A stretch of DNA of 63,602 nucleotides, filler included, from Salisapilia sapeloensis CBS 127946 (lineage: Eukaryota > Protista > Oomycota), in assembly GCA_023334545.1 (NCBI GenBank). It is 5 parts of 5 records of this genome, joined end to end, with 100 filler letters (N's around TTAATTAATTAA, not from the genome) between each part and the next. Parts side by side here need not be neighbours in the genome. Positions count along the whole stretch, not along the records: positions 32,985 to 53,545 come from JAADVB010000298.1; 4 more parts are not named here. One strand, written 5' to 3'. The notes below the pieces were generated by a model, which was not told the DNA's origin, ran no database searches, and saw nothing but the letters and a program-made list of their open reading frames with translations. Shown here piece by piece: positions 36,345 to 49,208 of the stretch; position 1 is the first letter of the stretch, and each line of letters starts with the position of its first letter. The position numbers were made by a program, and so were the translations under genes.

Positions 36345-36999
36345 TCACATAAGAAGACACGAGGAATCTTTAGATTCAGTAGCAGGACTCCCAGGAGTCG
36401 TTCCTGATTCAGCACGCGGCGATATTGGTGTCGTTGCGGTTTCTGCTTCATCCGAACGCTGGGTGAGGCGGTTGAGCGGATCGTTAGCTGCGTCCTCTGC
36501 AGCTGCTTGAGCTTGCATAGCGTCCACGACATGAGCTGGCAGACCCATGCGACTTGCCTCCATCTTGTTCTGTTCTCTTAATACCGCTTTCTTCACTGCG
36601 TCATTCTTGAATGGTACTATTTGCAATCGTTAGCAAATGTATAAATAAAACGATTTAAATGATCATACCGAATGCGTCTTCACTTGCTTCGGCATCAATG
36701 TCTGCTGGCTTGTCCCATCGATCTTCACCAGTTTCCGTGTTGTGGTAGTAGATCCTTCCTCGCTTCGATTCGAGAGCTACCCAGCGTTTCTTTACCTTTT
36801 TAGGCGCTTCCGTTTGGGAAGAATCAAACTGGACGTAGCTCGAATTGTCACTTGGTGCTTCATACAATTGTCCACAGATAGAGCACTTGCCAAGCTCCAG
36901 CATAGTCTCCTTGGGGATATTCACATTACATCCTGAGCACTTGATGAACCGATTGTTCAACGTACTCGCTGCCGCCCCGTTCTTCCCTACTTCGGTCAT
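36345..36999 (-). CDS. Zinc-finger + WW domain protein, 2 exons
   Basis: CSGC...CSIC pair and WW (WVALESKRGRIYYHNTETGEDRWDKP); an intron near 36655-36626 joins to IVPFKNDAVKKAVLREQNK.... Confidence 0.7.
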
Positions 37000-37155
37000 T
37001 CTTTCGATTATATTTCCATCACTTGACACACTGTCACGTAAATTACGTATAGTTTTGGTATTTTAGCAGAAATTGCTTCGATCGAATGTGGTGATTGGGT
37101 CCAAAAATAAATTACTTTCGGACACTAAAGGTGGACACAACACAGTAATTCGAAA

Positions 37156-38454
37156 ATGGACCCCGGGGCCTTCGATGCCGACGACTACAAAGCGCAATTA
37201 CAGCGCAAGATGCGCGCTAGTGAAGTGATTGTGTTCGATGCAGTTTTTACGCCGACAGAATTAATCAAGGAGCTGTACCTCGTTGCAGCCACTAGCTCCG
37301 GCATGGTCCATGTCTTCGCCCTTGATCCGTTGTTTGTGCGTCGACTTCTTTGCCACTACTACTATACTCGAGTTTGACGACTAATTGCAAAATAGCAACA
37401 AGACTATTGGGATCAAGTCGCTGCAAACAAGTAGCTATGCATATGCCAATACGCTATCAAATGCTCATAGTAATCTCTCCTGCATTAGGGCCGACAAACA
37501 ACCTCGTCCGTCACTTAGCTTCCAAGCTCATCCAAACCAGATATACTCACTCTCCTTTGCTGGAGATGCTTCCAACCCCATTTTGGTCACGTAATGTAAT
37601 TAACAATTCATCACGAAAATGGTCTAAAGACGTCCTTATGAGATAGTGGAGGTGATCAAGACTTTCGCGTGTGGCATTGGAAGGACATCACTGCAAAAGC
37701 TCATCAGAAGACAGCAAGAATATCGCCAACTTCTATTCACCAGCTACAACGAAAACCTCTCGACAATCGAGGATCTCTGCCTTGCTTGAGCGAAATCAAC
37801 GCCATCGCCGCTTCCTCTCTCTCTCCTTCCATCTTCTTAGCAGCAGGTGATGGCAGAGCACACGAGTTCGATCTTTCGTCTCAATCCTTTGTACGGACAT
37901 TTGACGGTCACACGAATTACTTGCATGCAGCATCAACTTTCGATCATTCAAAGGAAATCGCGACGGGTAGTGAAGATGGGACCATCGGTATCTGGGATAC
38001 TCGCTCCACTACTTCCACGTTTCTCCGACCATGCCAACCGACGTCGGACTATTGGGTCGGCTCCGTTGAAAAAGATGCATCTGGGACGTGGCTAGTTGCT
38101 GGTGGCGGACAACAACGAACACTAGGTCAAAATCAAGAGGAAGGGTTCCTAGGCATGTGGCATCTGCCGTCACGAACTCTGGTCCAAGTCACTAGCACAC
38201 CGTCAGACGTCCATGACATTGCTGTCAATGGATCGGAAGTGCTCACAGTTGGAAATGATGCTGGCTTGCGCAAGTGGAATCGGAGCTCGGCCGAGCTCAT
38301 GTCTACTACAAAAGCGTCCGTACCATCCGGTCGATTCTGTGCTTCACATGAAGAAGGTGAAGTAGTGGCTGTTGGGGGTGCAGGACCTCTCATTGACATT
38401 TTCACTTTGCCAGGCGTGGTTAGTTTCTCTTTACTAGTGGATGAAAGCGCATAA
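37156..38454 (+). CDS. THOC6: THO complex subunit 6 (WD40), multi-exon
   Basis: EINAIAA...SIFLAAGDG...FDGHTNYLH...IATGSEDGTIGIWDTRS...WLVAGGG...GMWHLPSR matches the THOC6 pattern; N-terminal exons in 37156-37590. Confidence 0.82.
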
Positions 38455-38481
38455 GTAAAAAAGAGTTGAACACATTTTTCA

Positions 38482-41400
38482 TTACGTTGGTCGTGCGTAA
38501 AGTGGACATCTAGCATCAATCCAGCTATTCATCATCGTATCCAGTCGTTCGACGACGTCGACCAAGTACAAGACGTCGTTGTATTCAAAGCAGTCGCCTT
38601 GGTGTGTGCCACAAACACTGCCGATGAGGTCGCTGCTTTCTTCATTGTGATGGACACTCGTGAGCAGGCGAAACTGCATTCGAACTTCCGTTGACTCCAG
38701 CTGACCACATAGAGCTTCTTCTGCCATGAGTAACAGCTTTTTATGCTCTGGGAAAGCAGTAATTAATGCGGGCATCACTCGCTCCTGCACGATTGCTTTA
38801 TAGATGAGCAACAGCTCTGCTGAAAACGTCCCCTCCTGCACTTTCGATTCAAACGACACGAACGGAGCGCATGCGCTCTGCAAACTTGCTTGGACTTTGC
38901 CTTCGTTTCCAGTTGTCGAGTGTATATTGAATGAAAATACCTCTACTGAAGCTGGTGTTTGGTCTTTTACAAAGTTTTCCATGACTGCTTTCGTGTCCAG
39001 CATCATCTTTGACGAGACATCGAAGAGTGTGGAGTGAAGGAAACTTTTCATCTGCTTATCGTGAAGAGAGAGCAAGTTCAACTTGACTCCCACTCGCCCG
39101 TCTGAAGCAGACACTGTTTCCACTTGAACAGTTCCTCCAATACCCTGAGGAATGCTCTGTACAAGATTGATCGGACCAACGTACTCTCCGTCCTTCATCT
39201 TTCCACTGACCCTACCTTCACACACTACACCTCGGAGCTCTCCCGTCGCGCGTCGTACATTTGCCTTCATCTTTTCAAGCACAGTAGAAAGCATTCTACA
39301 TGTTTTACTAAAAACTCTTAATCTTTCACGAAAAGCTTCGTCCATCGTCATGGGTACTTGCGATACACCAAAGCATTCTTGCTCCGTGCTCAATGCAGAG
39401 CCGAAGAGCCCGCTCGTAAAGAAAGACATTGACTCTACACCGCTAGTACTTGTCTTTGTCGGCGAGGACTTTTGTCGACCATAAGCATCTTTTCGTCCAA
39501 AGCGAACACCATAGAGGAAAGACTCTTTTGCAGCTCGGGGCTTGCGCAAGTCGACACCTAAGAAACCTCGTTCTAGTGCTGACGTGAACGCCTGGAAGAC
39601 ACTGCTCATTTGCCATGAACAATGGAGTTGATGGAGGGTAAGTTGGATGTTGGATGGGTGATGTAGCTGCGTTTTAATGCGCATGAAGAGTGCTGGAACG
39701 CTTAGGAGAGATAGCGGAACGCCAGGTGGATCCGTCGGTACATCTGTAGCCGACCGTCGACTACGCATTTGCCGAATGTAAACGAGTTCAAGTAACTTCT
39801 CCCACGCCGTCTCTAGTCTGCTCTCAAACTCCCTACCGTCGTCTTTTATCGATCCAAATTTCCTCAAGTAGTCACTTATCGAAGCTACTTTATGCAGACG
39901 ATAGGCACTCGGACTGATCCCCGCTTTACCTAACATCAAAAGCAGATTGAGCTGTGGAGCTGAGAGCCCAAGTAGTTCCTTGGCAACCTTGGCCACGGAC
40001 TTTTGCTTTTCGTTCCACGACCATACCGCAGGAACGAGCTCCATTTCCATATTTAAGTCGTCTATCGATGCACCCTGGATCTCAATCTCACCTTCCAAAT
40101 GCAACTTTCCTGGTGGCGTCGCAAACGCCATGGCAAGTTCGGGAGGTACGTACTGCATGACGAGATTGCGAAGTACGGACGTTAGTACATCTGTACATAG
40201 CTTTCGAACAACCGATTCCGGCAAGTCGAGACCACCAAAGACTCTTCTGGAAAATTTGATAAGCTCCACTTTGGTCATGTCGTCTCCTGTGGTTCCATTC
40301 GTTGCAAATTCCCACTGTCCTGACTCAATACCATCCTGAGATGTGCTGTAATGGAGCTCAATCGTGGCTGTAAACTCTGTATCTACACTCATCTTCTCCC
40401 ATAATGACTTTGGCACACGCGTGCCACGTTCCCCTACTACTTTTACATGCTTTCCACAAGCAACTGCCCTCCCTTTCATGACGACACTACACGTCGGTAT
40501 GATCTTACTCTCCATCTTCTCCTTACGTCTCATATGACTCAGTTGGACAAAGAAGGAGGTTTTCAACGACTCCACTTGGAACGTCTTAACACCAAAAAAG
40601 ATGCCATCGATACTAAAGCGAAGAGTGTATCCCTTCGCCTTCGGATGCCAGTACTCTCTTCTCAATGCATCTAGCTTGGCCTGTGTCGTTCGAATGTGAG
40701 CTAGTAGCTCCTGGGGATTTAAACCTTCCGACTCATGTCTCCTCTGCTGTCGGTGTTCAGGTGATGGCATTCGCAAACCGTTACGAAAGCGTTCGAACCG
40801 TTCCGACCGGTTGGGACTTGAAGAATGCTTAGTACCTTGCTGCTGCGCTAACAAGAGCTTCATGGACTCCATATTCTTTTCCAAAGCACGGATCTGGTGC
40901 CCGATACGAGCCTTTTCATGCTTCCATTGTTCTCGTTTTTGCTTTGTATGCGTCTCGACGTCCGTATAAAGCGATTCCAATTCATTTAAAGTTGATTTCC
41001 ACACGGAGTCTAAGGATTTTGAGCTCATGTCCATCGAATAGTACTTGAAAGGCACTTGCAACGGTGATACTTTTTCATTCGATGACATCGAAGTGCTTTT
41101 CTTGCTTTCTACCGGTGTGTCCAGGCCTTCCTGCTGTGTGTTGTCGGTTGTCAAGGTTGATTTCTTTGCCTCAGATGCATCAGGTACTCGACTGCGTTGG
41201 CGTATCCAACGTCTTCGGCGGACGTAGTCGGTCGATGCAGGAAGTCTTTTACCAGATTTTTGATTAGCAGCTAAATTCATTCTACTCGTGTCGTTAGCAG
41301 GCATACAAAGCGGTGGATAATAGAATGGAGACTACCTTGGAAAGTCAAAGGCGTAGATCCAGCCGTCTGCGTCGCAGTTGGGTGTGCTCTTGTCCACTTC

Positions 41401-41900
41401 CCACTCGCTCGTCCATTGCCACTGGTCTGGTAGTTGAGGCGCGACGGCTTCGAATGTTTGACTTGATGGACTGCCGTGTCGAGTACTCCATTTGCTTCGA
41501 TCCGTTGGCAATAAGTGTCCTATCGAGACAAACGGCTTTAAGCTGCAGGTATCGCTTTTGAATGGTTGCAAGTTACCTGGAAACGAACTTCCCCATGAGA
41601 AATACAAATAGGAGTATCGTTCGTGCTCGTATATGTCGTCCGTTGCCACATCTCCGCTATAATCACGTACGCCATAGTCTCGATGGATACGCTCTAGTAG
41701 CGACTCCTCTCTTCCCTATAACATGCACCCAGTCACTCCCGAGTCGTTTCGTACGCAAAACACAGATCTACTTGATGCTGAGCTAGCAGCTTGTCTACAC
41801 TGGAGATCTTGTTCGCATCGTGGGCCCAGTAAAACGCCATGAGTCGACTTCGATATTCATCGTGAGTTGCTACGTCGGACGAATCATTTTGCGTGCCAAG
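38482..41900 (-). CDS. Dysferlin/peroxin (DysF) domain protein with coiled coil and large beta-rich C-terminal region (start uncertain, up to about 42.2 kb)
   Basis: YRSRLMAFYWAHDANKISSVDKLL / GREESLLERI..YG; then YEHERY..FSWG../HLLPTDRSKWS...LPDQWQWTSEWEVD...DADGWIYAFDF...YVRRRRWIRQR (DysF), followed by the 940-aa ORF. Confidence 0.75.
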
Positions 41901-43225
41901 ACCTAGTAGAAGGTTTAATTAAGAGATACCAGTCTCTTTGACAAGAAGTACCTACGATGTTGAGATATGGGGCTCAGGGCCGACATCGACAGTCGATACT
42001 TGTGCTGGCGTGGCATCGTAGACGAATGAGGGGTATTGCGACTGTCCAGGATCTCTACCAAATGACACGAATTTATTCGCTGGACACTTGGCATGACTAG
42101 CATTGCCCATCGAAGATGGCATGGCTCGAGTTTAACGATATCAATCTGAATTGGTAGATGATGTGGCAAGTAGGCATGTTCTACTTGGAGCCGAAATTGA
42201 AGCGGTGATACGGAATGTATAGGTAGTTATCAACATTGCCATTCTCCATCTGCTCTGGTCCGCTCTGATGAAGCGGCTGGAGTTAGGTCTTAGCTTCTTT
42301 GGTGCAATATGGCATACACGAGCTTTCCTGTTCTTTGCTTGATCCTATCTGTTCATAAATCTTTTATCGTTTACACGAGCAGAAACCGGGTTTGTAGGTG
42401 TGTGATGTAAGAAAGTCAAGAACGCGTTGACAACCCCATTCAAAGATACTTTCGCTCATTTGAAAGTAGCTCCTCGTTGAACTCAAGTATACCCATGAGA
42501 TGACGACTGTCGACCGAGTAGTCGCATTTTCGTTGCTTCCGGCACGGCCTCACAGTCACGACCAGGCAAGCCCAGGTTACTAAAACTTACCAAAAACGAT
42601 ATAGCACTTCTATTTAAGTTTAAATTGCATGAACGAAGTTTGACTCCACTTCAATGGCCCATGGTACTCGGTCCCTAGTCAAGGACAAAGCATAAAAGCA
42701 ACAAAATTTTGCACACGTCTAGGGCTGGCATACGTGAACATGCGATACTCTATGAAAACCAATCTTCTGATTGCCATGGCTGAAATCTCCGTTCCGGCTA
42801 GCATATCTAGACGACAAGGCATAGGCAGCATGTACCAGTGCCATTCATCGCACTAGTCTAGTCAGATAGGGTACCTAAGCTTTCTTTTGGCGTTGGCCAT
42901 AAATCTTTATGGCAGAAGACAAACAATACAAATGGAAGCCATCAAGATCTGCGTTGATACACGCAAGATTCACCACCCAAAATGCTCACTTTTAAATGTT
43001 CTACTCGGCTAAAGTTACCAGTATTCACAGGTCCTCCCCCAATTGTTTCCAGCACAAAGGTCAGACCCACTGTTTAAACAGTGCGTCGAAATCCGGAACT
43101 GTGTTAATGGATATCATCCTATCTCGATCCGACCACCTAACCAGCCAGGTATCATCTTTCATCCTATACCACGAAATTACGATGCTAGCTGTCTCATTTG
43201 AGCTTCTTCTAGCAAGAACTGGCAA

Positions 43226-45757
43226 GTGGTCATGCGTTTGCATTTGACTACCGCCCTTTGGTGTGCTCTTCTCAGTCTATTGGTAACCCAATGCACAGCC
43301 CAATGTAGCAAGCCTGTGAATACTTTGACATCGGACTGTGGCAACCAGTGTGACACAAAGGACAAGGAGCTATGTGTCTTCTACAACGCCAAGGCTGACG
43401 ATAACGCTTGCTATAAGAATAGCAAGGCTATCAAACTCAATAACGACACTCGGTGTATTGAAGACGACGACGATGCAAATTGTGACTTGGAATGCCTGAA
43501 TTCAGCTCCGTTCGACCTCGGCGATAAGATAGCTTTCATACTGCTTGTCCCTTTCGGAGATTACCAAACGGCAGTTGACGAAGAACGGAGTGGTGAGGAC
43601 TGGTGGAAAGATGCGCAAGACAATCTTCGGGATGATCGGATGATTGTACCATTCGTCAGCAACAACTATCTGACCACCATTGGATCAATCTCAGTTGGGG
43701 ACGATGTCACACAAGTGTAAGTAGTTTATATATAACAATGTGTTTATTTACGAAGTCTAAAAATGGACTCGAGTAGTCAAATTCAAGGTGGGACACAAGT
43801 CGGTACCAATTATCTCAAAGGGAAGGCTGTACAACTGCAGTTCCAGCAGAACTTCCTAGTTGATTCTCCTCACGTAGAAAGTCTTGCGCTTGTGGATATT
43901 GATTTTTCCAGTAACCTACCAGACTTTTCCAGCCTCACGACTTCAATCATCAAGCAGATAAATATTGAAAATGCGCTACTACCCGAGGTGCCAGCGTCAG
44001 TCCTCGGTCTTAAGAACCTAGAAGAGCTGTACGTATGCTCGGATGCACATACTTTATACATCCTGACCGTGCCTGCTACGTAGGTACTTGCCCTTCAACC
44101 AGATCCAGACATTTCCAAAGGAGTTTAGCATGAAAGGCATCTTCAAGATGTATGCTTTTCATATTGAATGTTGATGAATAAGTTTTTGATTTAATCACCT
44201 GTAGGAGCCTGGTAAGCAATAACCTGACATCATTCGAAGCCTCGCCTCCAAACCTCCAGGATTTGTACGTAGCTTTTGTAGTGATTGCCAAGAAAAATAC
44301 CTTACGATAATCTCGCAGGCAACTCACGAACAACAGTTTGAAGTCCATCCCGCCAAGCATAGCTTCCCTCCGCTACCTCAATCGACTGTAGTCTCTTTTT
44401 TCTGTGCATGACTTGCTTACGATACTCACATTTTGTTCGCAGGGATATCAGTGGAAACCCACTCAGCGACTTTAACGTCTCGAATGCGCTGTACAACGTG
44501 ATCACGAACCTTTCGTATTTTAACTACGACCCAGTGACAGTGACTCCGCCATGTGACTATGATCTGCAACGTGCTTTGACGCTCAAGCTGTGCGTTATTC
44601 CGGACGATGAAGATCAAGTCGCAGCAGCGTCCGGATCTCAAGACACCACTTCAGGCATGAGTCCAAGTACCAAGACTATTTTGTACATTGTGATTCCCAT
44701 CGCTTGCGTCATGGTAGTTTTGGCTGTCGTTGGTTTCTGCTTGTGGAGACGTCGGCAAAAGATGGCTGCTAACAATGGAGAGACGTTCGATGGACCGACA
44801 AATACGTTGGAAACGAACGAGCAAGGGAGTGCACAGTACTACCGAGCGGCACAACTGGCTCATGGCAAATACTCGCTCTGGACAGACGATGAGTTACTAG
44901 CTCTCCAAATTCCTTATGAAGACATTACAGACGTCCGTCGTATCGGAGGTGGAGGCTTTGGTGAAGTCTATCTCGTCTCATATCGAGGCACAAACTATTT
45001 AGCATCCAAACGCATTCCAAAAGATAAAAAATCCTTGGTTGCAGCGAAGAAGTTGGCGACAGAAATCAAACTGGCTGCAGCACTAGACCACCCCAAGATC
45101 GTTGCTTTGGTCGGCGCGACTTGGATGAGAGAGATGGATATCCAAGGGCTCTTTGAGTATATGGATGGTGGAGATCTGCACACGTACTTGCGAACTGATA
45201 CCACAACTAGAAAGTGGACTAGAGCTAAACTTCAGATGGCTATTGACATCGCTGACGCACTCGTCTACACGCACTCGTTTGACCCACCACTAGTCCATCG
45301 CGATCTCAAGTCTCGAAATGTGCTATTAACTGTAAATCATGAAGCAAAAGTAAGTGATTTTGGAGCAGCCAGATACAATTCGTTCCATGGGACCATGTCA
45401 GGAGGAGTTGGCACGATGAGGTGGCTAGCACCAGAGGTTGTCGCTGGATCGAATACGTACGATCAGTCATGTGACATTTACTCTTTCGGCGCAGTGCTAG
45501 CCGAATTAGACTCTCATGACCTCCCATATGCAGATGTATGCAGCGAGAATGGAAAGAAAATGGCGGATGTTGCGTTGTTAAACAGAATCGCATCAGGTGA
45601 AGTGTCGCCAACGTTCACAAGGGAGTGTCCGCCGAAAATCAAGGAAGTTGCGCTTATGTGTCTCGAGTATAACAAGATGATGCGACCAACAGCCGCACAA
45701 GTCACGTATGCACTACGAACGATACTCAAGAATGAGGACTACGAGACTGTAGAATAG
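43226..45757 (+). CDS. Oomycete LRR receptor-like kinase (TKL), 6 exons
   Basis: Signal peptide, Cys-rich N-domain, LRRs, TM (ILYIVIPIACVMVVLAVVGFCLW), kinase GGGGFGEV, HRDLKSRN, DFG, GTMRWLAPE. Exons 43226-43716, 43777-44028, 44084-44149, 44205-44264, 44319-44387, 44443-45757. Confidence 0.93.
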
Positions 45758-45917
45758 ACACGGAATAGATCAGTTCATTATCAACTTCATGCCAACTTCA
45801 AGTGCATGTCTTCCAGTTGCTTTTGACCGTCAAATGCACGTTCATCATTGGCTACTATCTGGAGGTTGCACGAAGGTCAAACACGCTGTAGAGTGCATAA
45901 GTCGAAGGCACTTCGTT

Positions 45918-47910
45918 ATGCCATTGCAGCGACTCCGACAGGCTTGGCAGGCTGCAAAAGGCCAGACAAGCTCTGTACCAATCCCTCGTAGTAAAAGAGT
46001 ACCGGGAGGACGTCCAGACAAGTCCAAGAGATTTCCATTGATACCAGAGTATTGGATCGGAGTGGGGGATGAGGAGAATGTTACGAATCCTTCGATCTCG
46101 AACGAGTCCAAGAACTCGAATACAAAGCTACAGGAAGGAGCGAATGGAAAGAGAGAATTGGAACGAGATGATCGAATTACGGATGCATTGTGGAAGCCAG
46201 AGGATGAGTTTCCAGGGGGACAATACATGAACAATTACCAGGACCGCCTCCATCGAGAGATCCAGGTCGCCGGACGTATCGCAAAAGCGTCGTTCCTGAG
46301 TGTATTCCAACCTACTAGACTGCTTCTCCTAAGTACTCATATCCATATTATATCTCTTCAAGTATCACTTGATTTACACTATGATTCTAGCCTCCTGCTG
46401 TTCCTGCGTCTTGGGCCTCACAGCGTACGAAGGCTACGTCCTTCTCGCCCCCGATGTCGGATACGGCGACTCGATCATATTCATGTCCAAGTACTCGGTT
46501 GAAAACTTCTTCCCGTCCGTCCTCTACCAGACCAAGTCGGGCGAACTACTCGCGACGTACATGGGGTACGACCCATCGACGCTCTTACGCCAGCTCGATC
46601 TAGCCAACCCCGAAGACATTTCCATTAAAATGCGTATCCTAAGTGCCTACACTGCTCGTTCTATCATCGCGGGGTTCATGTACACCGCTCAGTTGCTTAG
46701 TATCCTCCATGAAAGCATGATGGCAGCGTACGACTATGTCGAAAGTGTTTACGAAGGCAAAGCTCCGCCTCTCATAGGTGTCCAGGAGCGTGTCCTCCGC
46801 CTCGCAGGCAACGGAAGTGACGTGACCGAAGTGTCCATGAAGCGCTATGCTCCGCATATTCTTCCTGTCTTTGAGACGCCGTCCAAATTCCGGCATCTAG
46901 TCGACCAATGGAGCTTCCAAGGCCGCGTGCCGTGCATCTGGCAAGTACCTGCTGGCTACTACGGCTTCCGACATGCATGGAAAGACTTGCATGTAGACGC
47001 TTCGTACATGCTCAAGACAACAACCGCCAAGGAGATATTGTGTATCGAAGCCGACGCGACTAACATCGATCGAGCCTTCCACCTGCAACAGCCGAACAAC
47101 TCGATCACCATCGAGGATGCATCTCAAGCCTTTCGCCTGTTGGAACGCACGGCCGGGAACCAGCTCCAACGCCCTTTCCGTCGTCTGTGTGTCTTCCTAG
47201 GAGACTCGACGCAGCTCTGCGATACAGGAGGGACGTCCCAAGTGACGTTGAGAGAGCGCATTGCTCTTAAGAAGGAGGCAGACGTGCTGATCGACGCCAA
47301 AGCTCCTCTGCTCATCGCCGTCTTGCGTTGGTGTACGAGGTACGTGGATGAGCGCAAGACGATTGTCGTGGATGCCCCTCCACCTCTCTTCCAGGCGTTT
47401 CAAGTGCTGCTGGAGACGAGAGGGTATACGGTGCTGGAGCCTGCCGAGGCCGATGTGGAGCAGACGGCGAGTGAGACGGTGAGTGTGGCCAAGTCGAATG
47501 TGGCGGAGAAGAAAGAGGACAAGGAACTATCCGAAGAAGATAAAGTCAAGGCAGAGAAAGTCAAAGAGAAGCAAAAGGAAAAGTGGCCGCGACTCGTGTA
47601 CTACCACACGACCGCAGCGACGATCAATGCTGTTCGGTCGACACTCGCGACGGGCGTCAAGCTCGCGGATCCGAGTAAGATCTGCGTCCTAGTGAATCGA
47701 CCGTTCGGTCTAGAGCACTTGCGGGAGATTGCAGAGAGCTATGGTGAACCTTTCCGTCCGATCTGCTCTGCGTACGTCTACGACGACTACTTTCGACAAG
47801 TACGTGTGTGGACTCGAATGGGATACTCTGCAACTGCCATCCAAAAGGAGCTGGACACGCGTTTTGAAGAAGTCGCGGACATCCAAGCGGCCATTACCCA
47901 AGCCAACTAA
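45918..47910 (+). CDS. Uncharacterised membrane protein (2 TM + large cytosolic alpha/beta region), 2 exons
   Basis: MPLQRLRQAW...KASFLS spliced (GTATTC..TTCAAG) to YHLIYTMILASCCSCVLGLTAY... and the 513-aa ORF. Confidence 0.75.
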
Positions 47911-47936
47911 CTGTAGAAAAACATGCTCTTGTTGGA

Positions 47937-49208
47937 TTATATATACGTGTATAGGTATCGAGTGAAGAGGAGGAAGGAGAGGAGTAAGCAGGCGCCAAAA
48001 GAGTACACGAGGAAGAGGCTCAGGACGCGACACACAGCTGCGTCCGAAGTACTCACGCCGGTCGATGCTACTTGGTGCTGTTTGAGCACATCCATCACTT
48101 GCCGGATGTTGTCCTGGGGCTGAGGTCGTACGCTCTTGCGCTGTCGAAGCGCATGTCGAACTGCATCTCGGTGCCACTCGGGCAAAAGCACTTCTTGATG
48201 CTCCTCTCGTTCGTCCTTATTAGAGAGCGGGAGCTCTGTCGCTTCCACGCCAAAGGCAGCAGCAATGTTCGCATCGTCCTTTGCAAACGCTGCGTCGTCC
48301 GAGACCCTCAAGGCATCGGCGGCTGCTTGCTCCTCCATGGCCTTCCTCTCCCTCGCGTCTTCCTCTGCTTCTATCTCGTCCATTACGTTCTGAATGTCTG
48401 ACAGCATGGACGGTTGGACGCCTAGTCGTAGCAACACCTCCTTTTCGATACGAGCAGACCTGTGCGCTCGCTTTTCTTGAAAACCATCCTTCTTGTACAT
48501 GAACTGCTGCGGCGTAGGAGTTTCCGACTCGGTCTCGACGTACGTTTCTCCACTAGACGAAGAGGTCGAGTGGCTCCTCGACTTTCCATGGGGTTGTCGT
48601 AGCGACTCTGACTCCATCGCATGCAGGATGTTGCTTGCTACTTCCGTCAACAGCACTGCTGCTTCCGGCGAGGCAGCAGTGTCCAGCAGTTGTGTGATAA
48701 AGTCGCTTCCTGTCGCGATAGTCTGTCGCCCAGGATCACTCGCTAGAAAGTCGATGACTGATTGCAGAGTCACGCTCAACTGGTTGACAGCTCTCTTCGC
48801 TTCAGGCGTTGCAACCGCTTGCGCGACGTGCGATGCCGACGCGACCGAGTTCAAAACCACTTCTCTACCGTGTTCCGATACGACTGCTGCCGTAAAGTCA
48901 TCGCCAAACCTCTAAAACATCAATTAGCACACTAGTCGGATGTATCCTCTAGCTAGATATGGGCATACTCGAGAGGTGGCGGCTAGACGCTGGCCTTGTT
49001 CTCCTCCGAGGACTTCGATCGAGTCCGTGAGTGCGGTCGAGAGGACTCGCGCGAGGTCTCGAGCTCGTTGTGGCGTCATTTGCTTAAGCCTGTTCCAGAG
49101 CAGGTAGCTTGCAAAGTACGGATTCGCAACCGAGTGCGCGAGGCGGTCGGCTAAGGGATTTACAAAGTGGTCGTCCACTTGTCCGGAAGCCCAGCTATAC
49201 CAATCCAT
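47937..49208 (-). CDS. Uncharacterised helical protein with C-terminal TM anchor, 2 exons
   Basis: MDWYSWASG...RLAATSR, a 57-nt phase-0 intron (48912-48968), then RFGDDF...in frame with the 307-aa ORF ending VLSLFLVYSFGACLLLSFLLFTRYLYTYI. Confidence 0.8.
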
